Of a DNA stretch of 64,000 nucleotides, positions 22,965-35,155 are shown one piece after another; positions within the stretch are counted from its first letter, which is position 1; each line of letters starts with the position of its first letter. The notes beneath the pieces are model-generated. The model had not been told where the DNA came from. It saw only the letters and a list, made by a program, of their open reading frames with translations, and did no database searches. This stretch comes from Felis catus (lineage: Eukaryota): assembly GCF_018350175.1 (NCBI RefSeq), contig NC_058383.1, positions 2,294,001 through 2,358,000 of the forward strand, given 5' to 3'. The position numbers and the translations under genes are program-made.

Positions 22965-23787
22965 AAAATGTGCACTTTTATTAGCAGCCGCTGGACGAGT
23001 CTGGGGGGGTTGCTGGTGATCGAGCGGGCAGAGGGGGCGATCAGTGTCAAGGAACTATGTTGGGACACTCGCATCCGTGCCGCAGACAGGCGGATGTGGC
23101 CGGAAAAGTGCGCGGGCCTGGGCACGTCACCCTCGCAAAGAGAAGGATCATTTTCAGCAGATGGACTGTCTCCTGCACCGTCTTCCCTGGGAGCACCCAT
23201 CACCCACACCGGCCACATGAGAATCCCATGTAGTGGGCTCACCACTGCTTCAAAGCTTCCGTTGGCATCATCAGACCCAGACCCAGCCTCCTGCACCCCT
23301 GCCTGCCCGCGCTCTGGCGGTCCCCGTCGGCGGACATCGGCTGGCCCCATCCGCCTCAATCGGCTAAGTCAAGATCTCCAGAGAACTCAGCTCTTTCAAC
23401 ACAAGATCGGTATTCCAGGTTGACTGGTCACACCTGTTTCTCTGGCAGCAACGTGACCCACACCCTTCCACTGGAGATACTTCCTGAGGTGGAGGTGAGT
23501 GCATGGAGGGGGTTCCCTGGGGCTGGGGTGTGAGAAAGGACAAAGGAGGTGTGAAGGTGGGTGGAGGAAGAAAAACACAAGTCTTCACTTGGGGCGAGTG
23601 GCTTTTTGGTTTGAAATCCTGTCTGGGCACTCGTAAGCCCCTCCTATAGCTCCAGAATCAGGGAAGCGGGTCTTTAGGTTCTAACAGGGGATCGACTGTG
23701 CTGGGAGATCCAGGACTTGACAACGGTGAGGCAGACGACCCGGAGATTAGTTTACTCATTTAAACATAACAAATTACAAAGACACAA

Positions 23788-23985
23788 TTTTTTTTAATGT
23801 CTATTTTTCAGAGAAAGTAAGTGAGCAGGGGAGAGGGGCAGAGAGGGGGAGAGAAATTCCCAGGCAGGTTCAGCACTGTCAGCACAGAGTCTGATGTGGG
23901 GCTCGACCTCGTGAACCACAAGATCGTGACCTTAGTCGAGATCAAGAGTCGGACACTTAACCTACTGAGCCACCCAGGTGCCTCC
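23788..23985 (-). mobile_element. CanSINE
   Basis: TSD attacaaagaca on both sides. Confidence 0.92.
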
Positions 23986-25194
23986 AGATTACAAAGACAA
24001 ATTTTAAAACTGCTGTAGGTTAAAAACAAGTTATTTCAAGGGTCAGATTTTCATTTCCATTACTTAACAAATACCCAATTTAAGTCTTAACTTTGGCTTA
24101 ACAGAGATGCTGACCAAACAACATGTGTGAATAGAGGGTTTTTACAAATACTTAAAAAAAACATGAATTCCCAAAAGGAAACCTCATCTTGAATTCCGGC
24201 TTTGCTAACTAAGTTGAATGCCTATGACGCTTCACTGGGGTCTTGTGAGAGTAAATGATCTCACAGCCGTGAAAGCATTCTGGACAAAGATAAAACCCCA
24301 TATTCATACGCGTCGTCAAAACGGAGGTTCTCCCATTTTAATCTGGGTTTAATTTTAATCTGGGAGATTAAAATCTCCCATTTTAATCTAGGACGTGTCT
24401 GTTGCTAATTTATGATCCTACTGTATCAGGGAAAAGATTCACTGCGGCGCTTGTACAGCATCGAAAGCCTGGGAAGACCGCAAACGTCCACGGACAGAAG
24501 GCTTGTCAGGTAACGCAGGCGACCTCCACAGGGGGTCGGACACAGCTGTGAGGGGTGGACGGTGGTCCACGGCTGATGAGAAGAGGCGCAAGACACAAAG
24601 TACGATGTGTCTCCTTGCGTGTGAGGAATGGTGCGGAAATTGAAACACTGACTATTTGCTCATATTTTAAAAAGGAAACGTAGATAAACCAGCAACAGAT
24701 AGAAACGATGAGGTACGGGGAGGGGACAACAGGGCAGGAGGGGGACGTCTCAATGCATTCTGGCTTTGGAACCATGTGGAGATCTTACATAATTAAAAAC
24801 GAAATTTATTTAAAAAATCCACCCCTCAGAATGGAAACCAAACTAAGAGACATGAACTAAGAGACATGTCAGGTGGGGGCAGGGCCCCTGGACTCCGGCG
24901 GCCTCGCCCTTCTGCCCCAGCACGAGCAGGTGCACGGGAAGCCGGCCCAAGGCGCGCCCACGCTGGCGGTCCTGCTCGGCCACCCGGCCGTGCCAAGGCT
25001 TGCGTCCCATATCCAGGCTCTGAGTCCCCCACCCCAGTTCCTGGGGACAGCTGCTCCTTCCCAGCTGTGACTAAGGCCCCAGGGAAAGGCCCAGGGTGGC
25101 GCTCTAATATGCCAGGCCCCTCTGAGATTTGTCTTTTTCTTCAGCTCAGGTAAAAGTAACGTAACAGAAAACTAACCACTTTCAAGTGTATATA

Positions 25195-25316
25195 GGGGCG
25201 CCTGGGTGGCTCAGTCGGTAGAGCACGTGACTCTTGACGTCAGGATCGTGAGTTCAAGCCCCACACTGGCTGTAGAGATTACTTAAATAAAGGTAATAAA
25301 ATCTTTAAAAAATAAA
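25195..25316 (+). mobile_element. Short CanSINE
   Basis: Head ggggcgcctgggtggctcagtcgg...gagttcaagcccc and an A-rich tail. Confidence 0.9.
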
Positions 25317-25782
25317 GCACACGTAACATGGTGGCATGTAGCACGTTCAAGGTGACGTACAACCACCACCTCTACCTTGTTGGAAAACACGGTCATCACC
25401 CCCAAAGGCAATCGCGCCCACGAGCGGTTACCCCCCACTCCCGGACAACCACCCATCAGCTTTCTGTCTCGCTGGGTTTGCCAATCTTGGGTATTTCGTA
25501 GCAACGGCCTGACTTGCTCCACTGGGCATCGTGTTTCACCGCGTCATGGTGGGGTGAGCACTCTGTTCCTTTCTACGGCTGGACAGCGCCCCACTGCGTG
25601 GACCCACACAGTGTTTATCCGCTGGTCAGCTGATGGGCATCTGGGCTGCCTCCAGCGTCTGGCTACTGCTGTGACCGTTCCTGTACAAGTTTCCATTCGA
25701 ATGCCAGTCTTTGGTCCTTTGGGGCAGACATTCCACCTGGCGGTGGAGTTTCTGGGTCACATGGCAACTATGTTTAATTTTT

Positions 25783-26004
25783 AAAAAATTTTTTAAATGC
25801 TTATTTATTTTTAAGAGACAGAGAGAGACAGACAGAATGTGAGCAGGGGAGGGGCAGAGAGAGATGGAGAGACAGAATCTGAAGCAGGCCCCAGGCTCCG
25901 AGCTGTCACCACAGAACCCGACGCGGGGCTCGAACTCACGGACTGTGAGATCATGACCTGAGCCTAAGTCGGATGCTTAACCGACTAAGCCACCCAGGCA
26001 CCCC
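25783..26004 (-). mobile_element. CanSINE
   Basis: Full head, GA segment and poly-T; TSD-like tgtttaa(c/t)tttt. Confidence 0.93.
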
Positions 26005-26739
26005 GTGTGTTTAACTTTTTGAGGAATCACCCGTGTGTGTTCCTCAGCGGCTGCACGGTTTGCACCTGTATCAGCAAAGGTAAGAAGGTTCCCCATCGTC
26101 AGGACACTTGTTTTCCAGGTGTTTAATTGCAGCCGCCGCACCTCACTGTGATCTTGTGTGGGATCCAAGGCGGTCTGTGCATAAAGAACAGCTGTCAGGC
26201 TCATTCCTCAAATGGTTCTGGAAGTTGAATAGCATGGGTTACAGACCCAGCCTTGGAAACGACAGATCTAATCCTTCATTTGTGTCACAGGGACCACCAC
26301 AGAAAAATGAGCTAGAAAGAAACCAGGGCATGATTTTAGATCTTCTTTTTCTCCATATGAGAAAGCACGCACGCCATGGGGTGAGGGAGGGGCGGGGGGG
26401 GGCTTGGCCAGTTCTTAGAGGTTCCAAATGCAGAGTCACACCCTCCTGCTCTGGCACTTAAGGAACCTGCAAGTTGTCACTCCAGTCCCCACACAAGCTG
26501 AACAAGCACGACTCTTTTTAGAGCCACACGAGACTGGATGTTCAAGGGTTGCTGCCCCCCAATCTGAACAGGCAGGTGAATATGAGGGACAGGAACGTGG
26601 CTGGAGCCAGCAATGCATCCAGCTTTCAACGGAAAATGACAATGTCCGCTCTATAAAAGGCAAAATCACAGTCTGAAGAGACTGAGCAAGCCCTGGAGCC
26701 AGACTCAGATGTGGCAGAGGGTCTGCGATTAACACATCA

Positions 26740-27740
26740 GGAATTTAAAACAGTTATGATTAATATGCTAAGCATTTGATGGAAAAAGTAGACGACATGA
26801 AAGAACACATGGGAAATTTAAGCAGGGAGATGGAAACTCCATGGATCAAATGGAAGTACCAAAAGGAAATCACAAAGCACATTAGAAAATATTTTTGGCG
26901 GCGCCCGGGTGGCTCAGTCGGTTAAGCATCCGAGTCTTGGTTTCAGCTCAGGTCACGATCTCATGGTTTGTGAGTTCAAGCCCCACATCAGGTTCCATGC
27001 TGACAGTGTCGAGCCTGCTGGGATTCTCTGTCTCCCCAATCTCTCTGCCCTTCTCCTGGCTTGCTCTCTCTCACAATAAATAAATGAAGTTAAAAAAAAT
27101 TTTTTTTAAATATTTTGGGATGTTTTTAATGTATTATCTAAGGAAGAAATCTGTAGCTCTAAATGCCTATGTTAGCAATGTATGTATGATCCGTATTGAA
27201 TCACTACATTGTATATGTGAAATACAACACTTTAACTATACTGCAACTAAAATTTAAAAATAAATGTTTATATTAGAAAAGAAAATAGATCCAAAATCAT
27301 TGACTGAAGTTTCTTTCTCAAAGGGCCTAAAAAGGAAGAGTAAAGAAAACCCCAGGTGAGTAGAGGGAAGGAAATAAAGAAAGAAAGAAATCACCGAAAT
27401 AGAAAATGGACAAACAACAAAAAAATTAACAGGGCCAAAAGTGTCTTCAAAAAGGCCAACGAAACGGGTAACGTCCTAGCCAGAGTAATCCAGCAAGAAA
27501 AAGGGAAATTGCTAGTACCGGCAATTAGAGAGGAGTTACACTATGGATCCTACAGACATTAAAAAAATATGGAGAGAACATTCTGAACAACTTGATGCTA
27601 ACAAACTGGATTTCTTAGAAGAAATGGACAAAATGTTTTAAAGATTTAATTTACTAACAGTGAAAATCTGTACAAACCTATATTTACTTAAAAAAAACAA
27701 AAAGCACCTGAATTTATTACAAAAAATGTTCCCCCAAAGA
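26740..27740 (+). mobile_element. L1 ORF2-region fragments (sense)
   Basis: A-rich L1 ORF2-like sequence (aaatgcctat, ggagttacactatggatcctacagacattaaaa, gaaatggacaaaat). Confidence 0.75.
26897..27107 (+). mobile_element. CanSINE
   Basis: Head, CT-rich segment and A tail; TSD aaatatttt. Confidence 0.9.
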
Positions 27741-27744
27741 AAAC

Positions 27745-29380
27745 CTGCCGTCAACATTCACGAACAGGTTCTGTGTGGACAGTTTCCATTTCTCTGGGTA
27801 AGTGCTCAGGAGTGAGATTGCTGGGTCACATGGTTAAGTACAAATTTAATGTTTAGAAGAGACTCCCAGACTATAATCCAGGACAGCAGCGTCATCCACA
27901 TTCCTGCCAGCCACGCGGAGGGGACCTGGCTTCTCTGTATCCTGGCCGGCCTTTGCTATGGGTGCTGTGTTTTCCTTTCTTTCTTTCCTTTTTTTAAAAG
28001 TAGGCTTCAAACCCAACACAGGGCTTGAACTCATGACCCCAAGATCAAGATCTGAGCTGAGATCAAGAGTTGAAGACTGAGCCACCCAGGCACCGGTGGC
28101 CGCTGGTCTTCTTTTCTAACTTCTAACATGTATCTCAACATGGTTTTGCGTTTCCCTTAATCTGCAAAGACCCGATGGCCAGTGATGTCGACCGCCTCCC
28201 ATGTACTTATCTGCCATGTGCCCATCCTCTTGGGGGGAATCTCTTCAGATCTTTTGCCCATTTTCTAGTTGGACTGTTTTATTACCATTGAGTCTCAAGA
28301 ATTCTTTATGTTTTTTTGAGATGAGTCCTCTGATAGATGTGTGGTTGGCAAATATTTTGTGTCTGCGGCCTCTTAAGAGGGTCTTTTGCAGAGCAAGTTT
28401 TAATTTTGATGAAGTCAAAATTGACATTTTTTCAAAAATGATTTTTTTCTTTTATGGGTTTTGCTTTTGGGGTCTTATCCAGCCTTAGGCCCCAGAGTTT
28501 CTATCATGTCACCTTCTCAAAATTCTCTATCTTTCATTTAAATCTACATGCCGGTCTAAGTTGTGCGTAAGGTTGTGAGATTCAGGTCACGGTTCTTCTT
28601 CTTTCTTTTCCAGTCTACGGCTATCCAATTGCTGCAGCAGCATACGTGGAAGGCTGGCCTTCCTTTACTGAACCGGTTTTGCATCTCTGCATACTTGTGC
28701 GGAGCTAACCTCTGGGTCTGTCCCACTGACCTGTGTCTGTCCCTCTGTCGATATCACTGTCTTGATTAATGCAGCTGCATCCAAGGTCTTGACATGAGAC
28801 ACGGATAACTTGTACTTTATTCTTCATTTTCTAAATGGCTTGGGCTAGTCTTGTGCTTCTCCAAATTTTGGAAGGATCATATTTATATTTACAAAAGGTC
28901 TGGCTGAGATTTTAGCAGGAGCTCTGTGTTTAGTAGGAACAGAAACCTGTATATACATTTGGGGAGAACTCACACTGTTCCTATGTTGAGACTCCTAATC
29001 CAGGAGCTCAAACCAACTCTCCATCTGTTCAGACCCTCTGATTTTTTTAATGAGCGTCCTGTCACTTTTAATCATACAAGTCCCATCCCATCTACGTTAT
29101 GCTAAATTTACATGCAAGTATTTCCCCCTTTTTTGTGAGCAATTGTTAACAGTAATGGCACATTTGTTTGCCTGTGTTCATTGCTAGTATACAGAAATAA
29201 AATTGATTTTTGTATTTATTGAGCTTGTATCCTGTCGACTTGCTTAATTTACTTAGTTCTGTGACTTTTTGGGTGGGTTCCTTTACATTTTATATGTCAT
29301 CTGCCAATAGGAACTTTTCTGACTTATATGCTCCTCTTCTTTCTTATATTTCCTGCCTTATTCCAATAGCTGAAACAGAC
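27745..29380 (-). mobile_element. L1 fragment (antisense), containing a short CanSINE at 27986-28094
   Basis: T-rich L1 ORF2/3' motifs (gattgctgggtcacatgg, ttttaattttgatgaagtc, ttggggagaactcacact). Confidence 0.78.
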
Positions 29381-29381
29381 G

Positions 29382-29585
29382 TTTATTATTTTTCAAATAT
29401 TTACTTTTTTGGGGGAAAAGAAAAGTGGGGGAGGGGCAGAGTGAGGGGGACAGAGGATCCAAAGCGGGCTCTGCGCTGACAGGCTGATAGACGTGAGCCC
29501 GACGTGGGGCTTGAACTCACGAACTGTGAGATCACGACCTGAGCCAAAGTTGGACGCTGAACTCACTGAGCCACCCAGGTGCCCC
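29382..29585 (-). mobile_element. CanSINE
   Basis: TSD tgaaacagac. Confidence 0.92.
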
Positions 29586-29589
29586 GTGA

Positions 29590-30225
29590 AACAGACTTTT
29601 ATAAAAATGTTTAAAACCTCTTCTTTGGAAAACGCAGAGCACAAGGACAAAAGAACCTACGTAATTGGAGAGATATGGCATGTTCATCAATTGTAGGAGC
29701 CTCGACACTGTTAAGATGCCAGTTCTCCCCAGATTGACTTACGGATGCCGTATAACGCCAACCAAAGTCCCAGCAGCCATTTTTTTTTTTTTTTTGTAGA
29801 AAATAACAAGCTCATTTTAAAAACAGTTTTAAAAAGTGACCTCGAATAAATCGATTTTATAAAAGGAAAGCATCTTTTCAATGCCTGATTTCCAGACTTT
29901 CTATGAAAGAGGGGGTTGGTGCGAGAAAAGGCAGACAACTGAGCAGAAGCCAGAGTCTGGGCGCAGGACCTCACAGAGACGGCCAAGTGCATTTTGACAG
30001 TTGTCAAGGCAAATCAAGATGGGGAAACAGGCATTGTTTCAAAAAATGGTGCCGGAGACACTGGTGATCTGTACGGGGGAGAAAAGGGACATAGACCCTT
30101 ACCCATATCATACACGAAAATTAAAGTGTGTCCACAGACTTAAATGTGAAAGCTAAAACTAAAACCACAGACTTGGAAAAAAAACACAGGTGAAAATCTT
30201 TGTAATCTGGGGTTAGGAAAAGAGG
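29590..30225 (+). mobile_element. L1 ORF2 fragment (sense)
   Basis: gttaagatgccagttctccccagattgact, ttcaaaaaatggtgccggagacactgg, gacttaaatgtgaaagctaaaac. Confidence 0.75.
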
Positions 30226-30229
30226 TCTG

Positions 30230-30730
30230 TGCTGGCAGGATTTGAAGATGGGCCTCAGTGACTTGTGTCCGTGTACAATCTCCTTCTCTGGAGCATGGGA
30301 GGGGCCCGTGGAGAGCAAGAGACCGCACACCTTGACTGGGCTACTCTGAGCCGATCAAGAGAGATGATCCGGGGTGGGCCTGACCTAATCTGGTGAGCCT
30401 TTTCAAAGAAGCGTCATGTTGTCAGAGGAGGGGCCCCATGGCAGGGAACCTAGGGCAGCCCCTGGAAGCTGGCCAGAAACCCACAAAACAACAGAGATCT
30501 CTGTCACACAACTGCAAGGAAATGAACTCTGCCAATGACAGGCAGCTGGCAAGGGACATTAGGTGAGACCACAGGCCCACCGACACCTTGATCTCAGCCT
30601 GATGAGACCTTGAGAGCAGATGACCCAGTGAGGTCCAGACACCAGGACCCCTGACCTGCCCCTGCTGTGAGACAGCGCATTTGTGTGGTTGTTTTAACTT
30701 CCTCCATTGTACCAGGTACCTGCAACACAA
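30230..30730 (+). mobile_element. MaLR (MLT1-type) solo LTR
   Basis: ggtgggcctgacctaatc, acaactgcaaggaaatgaactctgccaa and gacaccttgatctcagcct...gagaccttgag are typical MLT1 motifs. Confidence 0.7.
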
Positions 30731-30833
30731 CCGTTAACCGCGGGAGAAAAGGCCACCTTCACTGTGTGTCCTCAGCTCCAATAGCGTCTTGACCCTTAGG
30801 TACCAAATGCTTGTTGGTGAATGAAGATACGGA

Positions 30834-31022
30834 TTTTTTTCTTTTTTTTTTTTTTTAATGTCTATTTTTGAGAGAGGGAGAGTGCAGGGGAGAGGCAGAG
30901 GATCTGAAGCGGGCTCTGCACTGACAGTGGAGAGCCCGATGTGGGGCTCGAACTCACTAACTGTGAGATCGTGACCTGAGCTGAAGTTGGATGCTTAACC
31001 GACTGAGCCTCCCAGGTGCCCC
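30834..31022 (-). mobile_element. CanSINE
   Basis: TSD agatacggatttttt. Confidence 0.93.
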
Positions 31023-31389
31023 AGATACGGATTTTTTCAAAGCAGACCCTTCTAGTGCTAGCCTAGACATTATTTCCTCTGATAACTCAGTGGATTGCTG
31101 GCTTGAGTTTGCCGTCGAGGACTTGTCTAGAAAAACTTGCCCCCGCATCAGAATGGCAGATAATAAGGAATTCTTCCTCCTCCTTATAATGGAGCTGCTC
31201 GAGTCACATAATATAGGACTAAAAGCCCAGTGAGTGTCTGAAAAATCTCCTGCTATGGCATTAGTCATTAGTTAACTCACAACAAAGGGGATGAGTCAGA
31301 GTCCGTTTCTTCAGGTTCATTACGGAAAGCCCCTGTGCTTTCACTGTCTTACTCAAATAAAACCAGGGAAGCCTCTCCCCTGGACACAA

Positions 31390-31657
31390 CGCCTCCCAAA
31401 CTATCAATATTTACCGTATTAGAGAACTGAAGTAACTTAGAAATACAGTTATAACAGGCATGTATCTAGGCAGCCACCAGAACGATGATATCATCACACA
31501 CCATGTGGCCTCTGGAAAACTCCAGTGTCCGCTCTCGAGTAAATAACAGTGCAAAAGGCAAATGGCGTCTCAGTCTTATTCTGAGAACAGTGTCGGTCTT
31601 GAGGAGCCCTCGCCAGGACCTCAGGGATCCCCAGACCACACTTGGGGAAGCACTGCC
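31390..31657. mobile_element. hAT-Charlie-type DNA transposon relic
   Basis: The terminal motif ccccagaccacacttggggaagcactg resembles MER5/Charlie-family ends. Confidence 0.5.
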
Positions 31658-31939
31658 CGAGAGGACACTGAGCGTGAGCCAGAATGCTCCTAGCGGCAGG
31701 ATCATCAAAGCCGAGGCTGGAAAAACCCAGTCAACCCTGACTTCACCGGATAAATAGATGGCAGCATATTCTAGAACCGCACAGGAGAATGAACAAGAGG
31801 GAACCATTACCATGTGCATCAATACGATGAATCACAAAATAAATCGGTGAATGAAAAAAACACGCGGCAGTACAACATTTACACTATTCTTGACTTACGT
31901 GATGTTTAAAAACTGGAAAAATTAAACACAACAACAGTT

Positions 31940-32090
31940 ACAGCAGCTAACACACATACAAAGTTTACCAGGTGCCCCGTGCGGATCCAAGTGCTTCACG
32001 TATTAACTCAGTTAATCCTCAAAATGATGCTTGAGGCCGGTATGGCGGTCATCCCCATCTTACGGAGAAAACTGAGGCAGAGAACGGCTC
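31940..32090. mobile_element. MIR relic
   Basis: tattaactcagttaatcctc...atccccatcttacggagaaaactgaggcagaga. Confidence 0.75.
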
Positions 32091-32234
32091 GGGGATACAT
32101 GGGTGGTAAAACTACAAATAAAAAGAACGTTAGCCGACATCAGAAGGGCGGCTACGGCTGGGCAGGGGGTGTATCCAGGAGCAGGAGAGCCGACAGTGGG
32201 TGACACGTTACCACTGACACCCCCCGTTTTAAAA

Positions 32235-32425
32235 TTCTTTTTCAACATTTATTCATTTTGGAGAGACTGAGAAAGACAGAGTGTGAGCACAGGAGGAGCA
32301 GAGAGAGAGAGGGAGACACAGAATCCGAAGCAGTCCCAGGCCCTGAGCTGCCAGGCAGAGCCCGACGCGGGGCTCGAACCCAGGAACCGTGAGATCATGA
32401 CCCGAGCCGAAGTCGGACGCGCCCC
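32235..32425 (-). mobile_element. CanSINE with a deletion in its head
   Basis: Ends agtcggacgc-gcccc, lacking the usual ttaaccgactgagccacccagg. Confidence 0.88.
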
Positions 32426-33134
32426 GCCGCTGATGCTCTTGATCTGCACGGTGGGGGTGTGTGCAGATGCGTCCCCTACTACTGTTGACCGTGCGTCCTT
32501 GTTTCCTGCGCAGGTACAGGACTGGGACAGAGACACAGCAAAGGCGGTATGGACCACGCTCACGGCCGGCGGCCTCTAGTTCGGGAAGTGCACACCCCGT
32601 ACGTGGCACCGGCCCTGACGGCCTGGCTTTCAGAGCCCGGGATCGAGGCTGCTCCCTGCCGCTGGCAGCCTGGTCCCGGGGCTACGAATACAAAAAAACG
32701 ACACAAACACTCAACAAAGCAGAGGAACACCTAGCACCTGAAGGCTGGGGAACTGGAGTCAAACAGAGACGCGTCTGTCAGTGCTGAACGACCGTGCGCC
32801 CTGTCCTTCCCTTCCACCCCTGTCCGGGGAACAGGTGGGAAATGTTGAGAGAGGACTCGATAGGTAGAAAATGGTGAATTATCGAGGACTTCCAAGTGGG
32901 AGAGAGATCGCTTTTGCCAAACCAGTTACACAGGCTCACTTCTACATAGCGATGCAGCTGTGGGCCCACGTCATATGTTCCTTCTGTCCCTGCGTCAGCC
33001 CTGGAACACCCAGGTGGCGCTCAGCCCCCTTCCCCTCTGGGCCGTCAATGCTGCCGCTCTCTGGACCCAGGGCGTGAGCATGCCAGAGCCCACGGTGCCC
33101 TTCCAACCGCCCAGACCACGTTCTCCTCACTGCT

Positions 33135-33355
33135 GGGCACAGCCCCCCACCCAACGCGGCATGCAGGACCCCTGGGGCCCCGCCCCCCGGCAATGCACCC
33201 ACAGCCCCCCCCCCTGCACACAGCATCCCTGGGGCCCTGCCCCCCCCCAATGCACCACAGCCCCCAAGGCGCTCAGTACCTTTGGGCACCCCCCCCGCCT
33301 CAATGTACCCATGGCCACCTTCCCCCCACACCCCTGCATGCAGGACCCCCAGGCA
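33135..33355. repeat. Degenerate C-rich minisatellite, ~55-65 bp unit, ~3.5 copies
   Basis: Recurring CAGGACCCCTGGGGCCC...CCCC...CAATGCACC(C)ACAGCCCCC. Confidence 0.7.
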
Positions 33356-34989
33356 CACACAGCGCCACGTGCTAGAACAGCTAAGTTCCCCTGACGCCAG
33401 ATGCCACACTGGAGCTGGTGACGGAGCTGGTGCAGGCCCAGCCCTGCATGCCACACAAGCCCGTGGCTGTCCCTTTAAGCCTCCCCCACACCCCTCGCCC
33501 CTCCTCACACCGCACCAGCAGCTCATCCAGGGAGCTAAGTTTAGCTCCCTCCACTTCCAGTCTTGCCTCCAGGGACAGCCTGTGCTAGTGGGGCCCGCAA
33601 GGCTCTCTGAAGCCACCAGAGGCTTGCTTCGTAGCACAGAGGTCCTGACCTGGATCAGCGGTGCACTCCCCGGAGGGCGGGGGATCCTGCACACAGAGGT
33701 TTTTGGGGAAGGGGGGCGGCACCCCTCTGACAGGACTCTTCCTCGCCCCAGCACAGTCTGGCCTCACGGTCGGGACAAGGGTGGCCCGGTCAGTCCCCCA
33801 CGGTCCGTGACTCATCTGGGGACAGCTTGTTGTTTTGGGCCCAAAACAAGAACCTTTAAACGGAGCCACGACACGACACACACCTCACCGATCGGCTCCC
33901 TCTGCCACCTGGACCTCAGGTCGGGGTCGTTCGGAGAAAGCCTGTGTGCACCTGAGCTGACGGGACGTCCCCTCCATTCGGGACCAGAACCTGACCCGGA
34001 GCTGTCTCCAGGCCGGGTCAGACGCACACAGAGCAGGCCCTCAAACGGGACCTATGGTCTCCCTGAAGCCAGGCCTCTGGCCACACACGGTCCTAAGAAC
34101 GGCGGACAGAATCTGGGACAGGATCTGAGGGACTACAGGGGGAAAACGCAGTCAACGCTTGTCAGCCAGCGTGACCCAGGCCACGTGGCAGGAGCTCCCC
34201 TGCAGCCACTGGAGCGGCCCGCATCCTCTTCCAGAACCAGTACCAGCTAACCCAGGTGATCTCTACGGACAGAAATAACACCCGCTCCACAGCGGACTTG
34301 CTTCCAAACCAGCCTCTCACCCGACACTCAGTGTATCTTCACTTGATTTGCAATTTGGCAACTAGTGATTGTCTTGTCGTGTATGTGTGTGTATACACAC
34401 ACACACACACACACACTTGAATGTGATAAAAAACAAAAAACCAATCTCAGGAACAGTTGCCAGCACGGGCTACTGGAAAACAAAAAGACGATCAGCGTTG
34501 TTGTAATACAAGGCGGACACACAGCCGCTACATGTTTCGCATTCACGCCTTCGCACGCGCCTTCGGATCTCGGGACAGCGCTGCTTCCAACCTGCTCCCA
34601 GCCGCGTTTCCCCACCAGTCATACCGACAAACGCCAGAGCCCGGACCAAGGCGGCCCGTCCGGCTGCCCAGCAGTCCAGCCACGGCGGAGCTGACCACGG
34701 CCCGAGCCCCGTCCCGCACCCCAGGGGCCGCCTCTCCCGTCAGTCCCCTCGCACGGAGCTTGGTAGGCGGAGAAATCTGTGAACGTGCCCCCAATACCGA
34801 CCCAAGACGCCAAAATCTCTGGCTCTGGGGCTGAGGCGGCTGACAGATTTCATTTTCAGGAGGAGTTAGACGGGCCGAGCAGGCGCCCGGCCCAGTGCCC
34901 CACCGGCACCGGATGGAGGATCACAAGTGGGGTGTGCGGCCGGCTCACGGAGGCTGCTCCCTCGGCCGGATAACGGCACCGAACCGGCC

Positions 34990-35155
34990 CTGCGGTGCCG
35001 GGCGCTGCGCCACGCACTTGACGCGCATTATCTCACTTAATCCAAACGCAGTTGTCCCCATTCTCCTGCTGGAAGAAACCAAAGCTCACAGGTTCACTTG
35101 CCCAAGCGGTCGAAACCGCCGCTCAGCTCAGAAGGCTGAGCTCTTAAGCCACACG
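34990..35155. mobile_element. MIR relic (CpG-enriched)
   Basis: gcattatctcacttaatcc...tccccatt...gaagaaaccaaagctcacagg...acttgcccaag. Confidence 0.7.

Larger units (their letters stand above)
25130..26150 (-). mobile_element. Old L1 3' fragment interrupted by two CanSINEs
   Basis: L1M-like antisense motifs (gatgggcatctgggctgcctcca, gggtcacatggcaactatgtttaa). Confidence 0.7.

Noticed and set aside
25195..25270. tRNA-like A/B boxes
   Set aside because: These are heads of tRNA-derived CanSINEs, not tRNA genes; the same applies to all SINE copies.
33005..33025. CTCF-like motif CCAGGTGGCGCT (similar ones near 12405, 25090 and 60785)
   Set aside because: Partial matches only, expected by chance in GC-rich DNA; cannot be supported without ChIP data.
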